From Lepidodermella squamata (taxonomy: Eukaryota; Animalia; Gastrotricha): 64,000 nucleotides of DNA. Positions 24,770 to 36,600 of this stretch are shown here, piece after piece. Location of the stretch: contig JBLDXI010000001.1 in the NCBI GenBank assembly GCA_047495785.1, positions 3,720,001-3,784,000 of the forward strand, in the 5' to 3' direction. Position 1 is the stretch's first letter. Every line of letters starts with the position of its first letter. A model generated the notes under the pieces. The model searched no databases, was not told the origin of the DNA, and saw nothing but the letters and a program-made list of their open reading frames with translations. A program made the position numbers and the translations under genes.

Positions 24770-27700
24770 ATGCATCTTTTGGAGGTAGCCTATTTTTTAA
24801 GTGCTACCTGCTTCATTGCGGGAGTAGAAGCAGGATCTCATTTTTGGAGGTTCGATCAAAGAAAACCGAGCGTTTTTGTAGCAACCGATACCTTGTCATC
24901 TTTTGAGCTAACACGGTATCAGAAGCACACTGAATATCGAATCTGATTCATCTCAGCATTTTCCAGATTTTCTGCTGATAACGAGAATTTATGCGCCGCT
25001 AAGTGTGCTAGTGCAACACAGGGGTGCTACTCAGCACACTACACCCGAAACACAAAGAACTGCATACACTACTCTGCTGCAGTAGGATCCAGCTCTTTGT
25101 TGACAACCGTGGCAGGCACAGTCAATGACATTTCGTTTGATATTGCAAATTACACGTGGTATTCGGTAATATTTCAAATACTCCCGATACATTACATTTC
25201 CTGATTTTGAATCTTGATTAAGAAACCCACTGCTTTGAAAGACTATCCAGTCGACGTTCCTCGATGGCTTATCGCTCTCAACAGAACTATATCTACATGT
25301 TCGAAACCCGCTTCAGTACTGAAATTAAATGAGTTTTATAATGAATTTTAGCTTGCCCTACGCCGCAACCCTTGGGAGTGGCAGCTATGGCTGGGCCAGC
25401 ACCTCTTGGCCCGGCTAATATCGGGCCTTGGCGCATTCGAAATGATCAAATAACAGCAAGTTCCTGGCAAAACAATGAACTGTACAAGCCATTCCATGGT
25501 CGGCTATACGGAACAACCTCCTGGTGTGTAACAAACCCGAACACAAACACCTATTGGCAGGTGACGTTCGATCAGGTGATGTGGATCCATGGCTTCACCG
25601 TAAAGGGTTTCAGCTCAACAGTTGCTTACTCGTATTACTTGGGGTATAGCTACGAGGGCAACTACTACTACGATTACTTGGAAGCAGATGGAACCAAGTA
25701 TCTATTCAAAGGCCACTCTTCGAATGCCGACTGGAACACGCCCTATTACCTTGCATTGGGTAATAAGCCAGCTCTGGCTAAAGCTATAAGGATCTACCCC
25801 CAAACATGGTCTGCAAACCCCTATTGCCTGCAATTCGAAGTTCACGGCTGTCCAGCTGTTTGCAGAGGTTTGAGAATCTTTCATAGCGGGTTTTTGTGAT
25901 TATGATTTGGTTAGATTCGTTGGGAATTCAATCGTTCGAGTATCCCGACGAGCGCTGGGATTCAAGTGGCTGGTGGGATGTGGGATGGCGAGCATCGCAG
26001 GCTGCTTTCGGTTCGCCATATGTTTCTTGGCACACAGGACAAGGACTTCGTCGCCAACTTGGCGACGGTTGGTTACAGTTAGACCTGGGAAAGGATTATG
26101 TCGTACGCTAATCCTGATTAACCCCCATAGGTTATGTAAGATTTGCTATTTACTAGGCAACTGGAACTATTGTACAAACATGTCGAGGAGGTGCATCTTA
26201 CTTCCCTAGGCAGATTTCGTTGTTTTACTGCTCTGGCGACTGTTCGTCATTCGACATCTACACGGACGGTAATGGTCGGCGACTATTTGAAGGAGTTCCC
26301 GGCTCCTTTATTAACGCGTATCGGACGCATCTATTCAACCGACCAGTCTTGATCAGGAAAGCCCGTTTACAGATTCGAGCAACCGATGGAAACGAAGGTG
26401 ATAACAGCGATTCGGATAGGCATAGCGCGTCTTCAACCATCCCTTTTGTTTTTTGCTAGTCTGTGTTCGATGGGAGTTGTTGGGATGTAAACATATTGAA
26501 TACAAGCACTACGCAACTGATTTGACGCTCAGAAAACCAACGAAAGCTAGCGGCTCATCTCCGTTGAGTGAGATGGATATTTCCACTGGAAAGCTCACAG
26601 ATGACATTGAAATCGACGGAGCTGGGTGGGCTTCGTCTTGCGTTTCTGTTCCGGCTAGTACAACGTCAAGGAGCTATGTGACCGTCGACCTTGGGTCTAG
26701 TCAGGCTGTTACTGATGTCAGTATTCGCCCACCGAGAATTCAATCATGTAAGGAAGTCCTGGGTTTACGGTGTCTTGCTTCTATCCCTCTTAATTTCAGC
26801 TTTGGATCCGGTCGGCTTGTGGATGTTCGACCATTACACAGGAGCTTTGGATCTAAGCGGTAATGGCAACGATGGAACGCCCATCAAGGTGACCTTAGCT
26901 GATGGTATTTATGGCCAACCTAAAGGCTCGTATGAATTCACCAATAACGACGGTACAGTTGGAGTGGTAGTGCCTAATGTTAAATACAACCCTAACTATC
27001 TTTACGCCGTGAACAAACACGTTTCGTTTTTCTTATGGATCTATCCGTATCGATCCAATGTAATGGAGCCGCTCATCCATTTTCCGAGGCCAACTGGAAC
27101 TCCGTGCTGCGGTTTCATGCTGTGGCGTAATAACGATGGCGCTTTCCACACCAACCTCAGGGGCCCTAATTGGGACAGCCCAGTTCATGTGGTCGACGCA
27201 AATAAATGGAATTTTGTGGGCATTGTCTTGGATCAAAGCACAGGTTTTACATCGAAATAGAAAAACATTCCGTTCCTGAATACAATATATAATCACTATA
27301 GGACTGATAACCTTTTACGCAAACAATAATTTTGCTGGACACGCCTATGCTGGAGTTCAAGGAGATACCGACACATATTCTCCTCTCTACTTCGGGCGTT
27401 ACACCATAAATGAAGCACGGCAATTTCATGGCCGCATGGCTTGCGCCCAGATGTATCATCGATTGCTGAGCCGTGAAGAAATGGATGATGCAAGAAGATG
27501 TCCGTGGACTAGTAAGGCTACTACGCTTTCATAATCACAATCTAACCTGGGATTTAGGTCCAACTCCACTTCTGCTTTGGCCGTTCGATGCGGCCAATGG
27601 TGCGAATGATTTCATGGGCCAAGGGATCAACGGCGTTGCGACTGGAACGACTCTAGTTAACGGCCATTTGGACTTCCCGCAATCGGCTTACAGCTTCGCA

Positions 27701-30700
27701 GGAACAGCCTCGTCCTACGTGTCGTATGCGAACAGCGGAGGCCAAGTTGACGTGAAAAATGGTATGACTATGACTTTCTGGTTCAGTCGATCAGCTATCA
27801 GTGGTCCTGAAACTCTCGTCGCATGGATGAACCCTTCAGCGCCAACAACCAGCGTCTTCACCGTTGATGCATCCGGTGGTGGAATTAAAGTTACTTTCGC
27901 TTGCCTTGACCAGCCATCATACTCGGTCACTTTTTCCGGATATTACACGAGAACGTACGCTTACGAAAGGATGCGGTACATCGCCCTAGTTTACGACATC
28001 GCCCTATCAAAACTAACTCTGTATCACGATGGAGACATTTTATTCACGCGAAGACTCCCGCTTGGCTGTCAGCTCAATACCGGTGGACAGTTGCGGATCG
28101 GAGGTTTACCCTCTTCCCAGTACTATAACGGACAAATGGCGTGCTTTCAACTCTTTAACAAAGCGCTCACGCCACGTGAAGTTACTCAGGTGTCAGCCTG
28201 TCCAAAACGAACAAGTAAGCCGCCGGGATTTAGTTTTTCTTTAATATGGCTTTCTATAATGAAACTCCTAGCTCCCGCCTCAACCTTCTATATTGTACAA
28301 GATGAGATGAGCTGGGTGAGTGATATCAATAAATGCCTGGCTGCCTTTTTAAATTATGATTCTGAAGCTACGCGATCATTCGGGCACTGTTGCTGCGAGC
28401 AACTCATTGCACCAAAGCTGCACTTATTGGCATTGGGGTCCTTTCAATTTCAACACCCATGGCTACAACAATCAGAATACAGATCGAATGTCTACTTACT
28501 GGGGCTCGGGCTGGCCGGTGCCTCAAGTAGTCAATTCATTCACTTTAGCTCTTTACGCTAAAGTAGATTGGAACAACGGCGAACTTCACATGCTGTCGTT
28601 AGGCGCTTGCTGTGATTACGGCAACGCAAGGGTTGGCATGTTGAACAACGGGAAAATGTAATGCTCGTCACTCAAAGTTTTGCTGCTTCTGAGTTGCTTA
28701 TTATAGATTTGCTTGGTACCAATGCACGAATGGCGGATCTTACGGCTATATAACTTCTACATCGTTCGTAATGCCTGTCAACCGGTTCATGCATATTGCA
28801 TTTGTTCGCGATCAACCGAATGGAATGATGTATATCTATGCTAATGGAGCTCTAATAGGATCCGGATCAGGCCCAAATTGCGTGTTGCAACAAACGACCG
28901 GCATTACTGTTTTCAGCTATCCATGGGTATGAGAAATATCCTGATGCAAAATGAAAATCCACGATGGATATTTCGATATAGAGTGGCTCTTACAGTGTGA
29001 ACGGCGCCTCGGCTTGTCCAGCTGTTTATACAGCTGCCCTGAATAAGTACGAAATCCAAACTATCACTAATGGCTGTCCAGGGATAATGGAATGTAATTT
29101 CAAGAATTTCATACGTTTACCATAACTTTTAACAATACCTCAAGTGCGATCAACTCATTGCGAGTCAAACCTGGGCATGCAAAGAGGGACACAGTTTAAT
29201 TCACTGACGGGAACCGACTATGTTGGAGCCTCAATCGACACCAATGGTTTGTTCTTATTTGTAAAAAATACTGCTTAATGATGATATTTTAGCCTTGACA
29301 TGGCGAGCTACGGCAGCTACTAACTCAGAGTGGTATGGTTTGCAGTGGCTCTATGATGTCGAAATCCGAGCCGTAATGACACGAGGCCGCCACGATGCTG
29401 CTGAGTGGGTAACAACGTATCAAATCGCTTATCATGGACGAGAAGATATTTACGACTGGACTTGGGTCAATGAATATGACGGAAATGGTGCAAAAGTAAT
29501 TACTTAACATCTGGCTTGCAAAAAGCATTTTCATTTATATATGCCAGGTGTTCAATGGTAACACCGATCAAAACACTCTAGTGGAAAATCGAATAGTGCC
29601 ATCAATACGCACACGTTGGATTCACTTTCATCCGCAAACATGGTACGGCTGGCCATCGATGAGAATCGGATCCCGGGGATGTCCAGGTAAAGCTGTCTTC
29701 TACTATTGCCTCAATCCACCCATATACCTTAAAAGGAGGAGGACTTACCTGCAATCGAAAACTGCACTTTAATACAAATGGTTACTCTGTCAGCTCAGCA
29801 AATGCTGAGAGTGACCCGTCGAATGCATTTATCGAATCAAACGCTTATTGGTATCTCGAGAATCCACCCAATCAAATTCCGGTATGGTTCGGATTATCAT
29901 TCGGAAATTTGCTGAAAGTCACCAGGGTAAAGGAAATCAGGCGCTCAAGTCTACAAAAAAGTCTATGATCCCTGTTTTTAGGTCGCTACAAGAGGAGGAT
30001 ATCCTTCCCGATCTTGTTGTTGGGTGACTATTTACCGCCTGCATTACAGCTACAACAACGTTGATTGGGACGCGTACAAAGGACTAGACGGTTGGGTCAG
30101 ACATTTTGCCGGCAACACAGACTCGTCAAACATAGTCAAAAACACCCTACAGCCACCGGTCCTTCTAAGATCAATAAGATTCTACGTTGAAGTAATTCAT
30201 GTCAACTCATTTTTCAACTCTGATTTGTCGCTTTTGAAGTGGTGGAATAATCAAATCGCTATGCGAGTTGGAGTATATGGATGTTTGGCTGATATGGAGG
30301 ATAAACAGTTCGCTCCTTTAGCCGTAACATTGGGTGACACCCCGGTGACTGATGTCAACTCGGCGTTGGCTAATCCTAAAGTCGCAGAAATGTATCAAGC
30401 TAGTCCAGTGGGGGATCGATCGGAGGTCCACCTAGTAGCCGGTGATATTTCGACCCCAGCAAAAGGGAGGTACCTTACGTTCATCAGCCCAACGCCTAAT
30501 CAACAGCTCGAAATCTGTGATGTCTCGGCATTTTCAATGAATGACCCTTCGAAAAATATTGCATATAAACGAGGACTCATCTTGCAGCCATCAGCATTTG
30601 CTAGTAATGCAGCTGATTATTCAAAATTCGCGACAGATGGCAAAACTTACCAGCTTTTAGGCACTGCAGCAGGTAACTAAAGAAATTGCCCAATATGAAG

Positions 30701-31668
30701 ATTTTAATTGAAGGAAAACAGGTCAACCCTGCATAATTGGCTGGCCGAATTTGATTGATGAGATAGTAATGTCAGAATCCGGCTCTAGTGTTGGCACCAT
30801 GCCTCAACTTTCGTCAACTTGCTCCGGCAAAGTTGCTCAGTGGGAATTCAATATGAATAGCTTAGGCCTCTTTGTACCATCGAATGTCTACATCTCAACG
30901 TGGTCCAAAAACACTGCAACACAATATGTACTGAACGGAACTGCGGCTATCCCCATCTTCCCAAATATAAGGGAAAAGTTTTACATGTAAGACACAAGGC
31001 ACCTGGAAGTTCAAATCTTTCGATATTCAATATTTTCAGCGAACAAACTCTGGGCAGCACTCTTGCCATTAGCCCGAGTAAATACGTCGGATATTATCTG
31101 GATTTACCCGTACCTGTCATCAATTTCATGAGCACTTGGACTGGCGTGAATCCCCTCATGTTTTCATCTTCGAGTTTGATACCAACCGGGGCTTACCAGG
31201 CCTCCGTGCAAGCGCCGGCCGTGGCCAGCCAAATGACCACTCCCGGCTACGTAACTTTTGGTGGATCAGTTCAGGAAGCTATATTGGCCCGCGGCTTTGT
31301 GACAGGTTTTAAAATAATTCTAGATCGCAAACCGCATATTCAATCCCATTTCAGATGCTAATGGAAATACGTGGTTGGCCGTAGATCTTGGGGTAGCTCG
31401 CCCTGTATCTCGTGTTATGGTTCACTTGCCTCCTGATATTTTCGCGAAAACATTGGCTTTCACGGAAATTCGTGTCGGAAATGATATCACTACGATTACG
31501 AATAACCCGATTTGCGACTATCATGACGCTATTAAAGTAGACAATCGACATTCTCAGCGTCCTTATTTCTACTACTGCAAGGAAGCCTTGATCGGGCGTT
31601 ACGTGGTACTGAATCGACGCCGCTTCGGCATTTTGCCAATAGCTGAGATAATGGTGTTCTCACGCTGA
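24770..31668 (+). CDS. Large secreted multidomain protein, copy 1: signal peptide, PAN/apple, F5/8C (discoidin) x4, LamG/ConA-like x3, split F-type-lectin-like domains
   Basis: MHLLEVAYFLSATCFIAGVEAG signal peptide; CAAKC..CYSAHY..C PAN motif; IRNDQITASS/WLQLDLG/FNGNTD..RWIHFHPQTW discoidin motifs; WPFD..ANDF LamG motif; WLAVDLG..EIRVGN..NPIC..GRYV..AEIMVF. Many about 50-nt introns; internal boundaries are approximate. Confidence 0.82.
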
Positions 31669-32454
31669 GGAACTGCAAGGCTATGGCTCATCAAAACTTT
31701 AAAGAAACATATTTATCGTGTGTGAACATCGACAGCATTTTTGTTAAGAGACGCGCTAAAACACGCGAGCTCACAGTTTTCGAGATGTAAAATACATAGC
31801 GGTATCATAGTGCGTACAGCCTTCAGCAACATTGTTGGGGCTCATTTTGACTCTATTGCCAATAAAACAAATGATCCCGCTTAGTTCGGCGTTGTGTTAC
31901 TAAGATTGTGTGAAGTTCACTATATGTGGAATTACCGACCAGGCCTTTATTTAAGCGGGATATTATCGCCGCATCTATTATTCTTTTAGCTCAACTTGTG
32001 ACGAGATAAAATCCTCGTGACAGTGTCTCGATATAGGTGGGATATGCGACGACATTCGAAGACAATCGCTGTGAAAGCGTAATGCAAAACCATCCATTGA
32101 AAGGACTTCCATATATAGACAGTCATAACGATTGAGTAAGTCCAAAATCGCATTCTATTGCTGCAAGAACCATTGCTTTAGTGTTCCTAATTATTAATTT
32201 AGGATCGCGCACAGCAACAAAGGCATCGATTGCGCAATTGAAAAACCTTGAAGACTACTGAGATTAGTTGTTACCCAAGGACGGCCGAATCACCATGTGA
32301 CATGTCACACACAACATTCATGTCCGCATTCTGAGAGTGCAGCGTTTATAGGCTTTGTTCATGATTTGAAATCGACAATAAATATATGTATTTACTTGTT
32401 CGAGCCAAAAAATCACGGAAGAAATATAAATGGCTCAAGTTACTACGGACATTT

Positions 32455-33130
32455 CGTCGTCGGTGCGGCCAAAAGTATTATATCCATAAAAAATCGAAAA
32501 TGAGATTTTTACAGTTTCGGGCTCAGAATTTAACGCCCGTTATTATTCTGAAAACCGCATCTCAAAATTCGCTAGGGATCAAAAGTATTATATCCACTTT
32601 CGTGCCTTTTTTACTAGGTCACTTTATCGGCAGAATCAACAGTATTATCTCCATGGCATGAGTTCGAAAGGGCACCAAAAGTATTATATCCAGCAAAAAA
32701 TCACTCAATCGCGAGCAAAATGGTGATGTAAAAATCGCCAAAAAGTAAATGCCTGCATGTGGAATCGAACCACAGCAGTGCGATGTTGATGCCAAACAAA
32801 AAATAACCCTCTTTGTCCACGCTTAAAAAAGAAAAATTGTCAAAAAGGGATGCAAGCACGGGGATTCGAACCACTCAATGTAAAAACACCAAAACACAAA
32901 AACAAAAAAAGTACAAAACAGTATTATATATCCAACGCATGTCTCGATAGCGCAAAAACGGTGCATCACCGGTAGACATGGCCCGCGCCATTCGATCCGC
33001 CGTGATCAACTACCCCCATGTTCGGCGTAGTGACATATTTTACTGAAAATTTCAAAAATAAATCTGTTTTTTTCGATTTATCTCACAATTAATTCTCTTG
33101 GATATAATACTTTTGGCCGCACCGACGACG
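32455..33130. mobile_element. Sola1-like MITE
   Basis: Perfect 32-bp TIR CGTCGTCGGTGCGGCCAAAAGTATTATATCCA; ATTT on both flanks (4-bp AWWT target duplication is characteristic of Sola1); internal AAAAGTATTATATCCA repeats. Confidence 0.8.
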
Positions 33131-33647
33131 ATTTTACCTAAAAAAAATGCAGCACTTACAAGCCTCGATATAAGTAAGCTGTTAATGTGAGGTTGAGCTA
33201 TCGTTGATCGTTCCACGTAGAACTAAGTTCTATTATCAAGATTATCAACCTGATTATCAAGACATAACACCACATGGAAGGGAATACAATGCTCACAATA
33301 CAAGTGATTACTCTCAGCGCAAAAGGCTGGTGTAGATGTTTTCTACAATTTTAGAAAAGGAACATCTATATTATGGCGATGCTTAGCGACGCGTCGTCAT
33401 TTTATGTCTTGCGAATCAGAGCCATGCATTTTTTAGCCCCCATAAAGACTTCGATGAATGCCGATTCGCCTCTGGGTGATTAATATTTTACCATGATGCG
33501 CGGTTTTTTTACATAATAAGCCTTATTGTCTTCCTCCCATCCGGTGGAAGATCCTCGCCTGATATAAATAATTCATGGTGTGCGCTACAGAAAGCGTCGG
33601 GTATCAATTCGCGTGCAATCTCTACAGTTTGATCGGCTTGACAAAAA

Positions 33648-36600
33648 ATGCAGGGTTTACCTCCCGGCGTTATACTTTTAGTACTCATGTTTGTTGATAA
33701 GGCTGCAGGAGGAGCTCATTTCCTACGATATGATCAAAAAAAGCCAGATGTTGCAGTTAGTGGCGACACATTAACTTCCTACGAATTGGCAAAGTAAGAG
33801 GATTTACAACGGGTGACTTAAATTACGGGGGTTTCATTGAAGATTTTCGGCTGGCAATGAGAACTTTTGTGCCTCAACATGCCCTAACCAGACAGTTGGA
33901 TGCTACTCGGCTTACTACAACCGAGCGACAAAGCAATGTACTCATTATTCAGCTGCGATAGGGACCAGCTCGATATTGAAACCAATCGCGGGAACTGCGA
34001 GTGACATTTCATTTGACGTAGCCAACTACACCTGGCCGGCCGTAAGAAAAAATATGGTAATGGATCTTTATATTTTAGCTAGATGCTTGCTTTCAGCAAC
34101 AAGCACCGATAAAGCAACTCACGGAACCCGTTCCAAGATGGCTGATAGCTCTCAACAGGACAATATCAAGACGTAAGACTTGAGTAATATTGACGAAGCA
34201 TAATCATAGCAGTTTATCACTGATAACAGCTTGTGGAAAGCCGCAACCACTCGGGGTCTCCGCCGCAGCCGGCCCGGCTCCATATGGACCTGACACCGCC
34301 GATATTGGGCCTTTCCGAATAAGAAATGACCAAATAAGTGCAAGCTCTTGGAATTCTGAGCAAAACAGGCCGCGGAATGGCCGCCTATTCAATGTTTACG
34401 GCTGGTGTGTCAGTAGTCCCACTACAAGCACTTGGTGGCAGGTAGTTTTCGATACGTTTCAATGGATTCATGGCTTCACAGTTCGAGGTTTCGATGGGCG
34501 TGTTGCTTCCTCTTACTATCTATTGACTAGCAATGATGGAAACTCTTGGCTGAATGAAGGCTTCTACAAAGGCGCTGATGGAAATATATACCTGTTCCAA
34601 GGCCACAAATCGACGGCAGATTGGGCCACGCCTTACTACTTGACGCTCGTTAACGGACCTGTTTTGGCGAAGGGAGTAAGAATATATCCGCAGTCTTGGC
34701 CAACCAATCCCTATTGTTTGCAATTTGAAATTCATGGCTGCGCAGCTCTTTGCAGGGGTTAAATGAATATTGTTCCTATAACTACTGTTTCTAAGCAGTA
34801 TTCTTCTCACAGACTCCCTGGGGATGCAAGAATACGACTTCCCGAACGATCGTTACAACTCATATGGTTGGTGGGATGCAAGGACTCCCCCATGGAACAT
34901 TGCATTAAACAATCCATTCGCCTCGTGGCATACAACTCAAGGGACAAGAAATAGCATAGGCGATGCTTGGTTGGAAGTCGACTTTGGTAAAGACTATGTC
35001 GTGAGTTTTTTCAACTCATTGTAAGGCAACTCATTATTCATTGTAAGGCAACTGCAGCGATTCTTCAAACATGCCGCGGTTGGGACTATATTCCTTCGAG
35101 AATGTCAGTTTTCTATTGCGCAACATCTGAATGCGCGTCAGGTTTCAACATCTACGAAGATCGAAATCGAAGGCGCATTTTCGATGCGCTGCCCGGCGGA
35201 TCAATCGGTCAGTTTCGAACCCTCTCATTCGACAAGCCGATTCTGGCACGCAAGGTCAGAATGATGATCCGTCAAACCCAAGGCGGATATGTATGCGCGC
35301 GTTTCGAAGTGCTTGGCTGTAAAGAAATTCCTTACAAATATTATGCAACTGATCACGCGAACGGCAAAACAGCACTTGCCAGCGCTTCGCCAGCTTGGTC
35401 TGATATGGCCGTAGCAACGGGGAAACTGACTGATGAAAGTGAAAATGATGGAGCGGGTCTTCTATCATCATGCGTTACCGTACCCGCCAACACCAATGCC
35501 CAGAGCTACGTCACGGTGGATCTTGGCGAATCGAAAACACTTACCGATGTTTCGATACGCCCTGCTCGCATGCAATCTTGTAATAATCACTGAAATGGTT
35601 CAAGATTTTCTTTATGCTACATATCAATTTTTAGCGCTCAATCCGGTCGGACTCTGGCTGCTGGATCACTATACCTACGCGAATGATCTGTCCGGAAATG
35701 GAAACGATGGAACAATCATGAGAGGAGTAAACTTTGCGCCTGGAATTTATGGACAACCGATGGGCTCCTTAGAGTTCACAGGCACTGGGACATCAGGTGT
35801 AGTTGTACCTAACAGCAAATATAACCCCAACTGGCTTTACGCCGGAAAGAAATCTATCTCGTTTTTTCTTTGGGTTTACCCATATCGGAACAATGCGCAC
35901 GAGCCGTTTGTTCACTTTCCGAGGAATTCGGGCTCGCCATGTTGTGGTTTAATATTTTGGAAGACCGGCGACGGCCAATTCCATACAAACATCAGGGGTC
36001 CTGCGTTTACATCACCAGCTCATGCGATAGACGACAATAAATGGAACTTTGTCGGTCAGATGTTTGATCAAAATACAGGTAATTCGGGAATAAGAAATAA
36101 ATTTGAATTTAGAATTTGGAATCTCAGTTATTTTAAACTCACTTTGTGATTAATTAAGGGACTTTTTACTTCTACTCAAACAACAACTTGGTTGGAAGCT
36201 GGACAGTTGGTGTGCAGAGTGACACAGATACTATGGCGGCCTTGTACATAGGCCGGTACCACACGGGAAACACGATTGAGCAGTATCAGGGTCGAATAGC
36301 TTGCGTTCAGATGTATCATCGATTGCTCACCCGAGAAGAAATGGATGACGCCAAACGCTGCCCATGGACTAGTAAGAAAACATTTCCACGCTTTTCCTCA
36401 TTCATTTGAGGAATTTCTGGCTGTATTTGAACTCAGGCCCGACCCCGCAGTTTTTGTGGCCCTTCGACGACGTCACGGGAGCAAACGATTTCTTAGGCCA
36501 AGGCATCAATGGCGTCGTCAGTACTGGAATTACTACTGTTACTGGCCCTCTTGACATGGCGAAGTCAGCTTTTGCCTTCAAGGATTCAACAACCAGCGTA

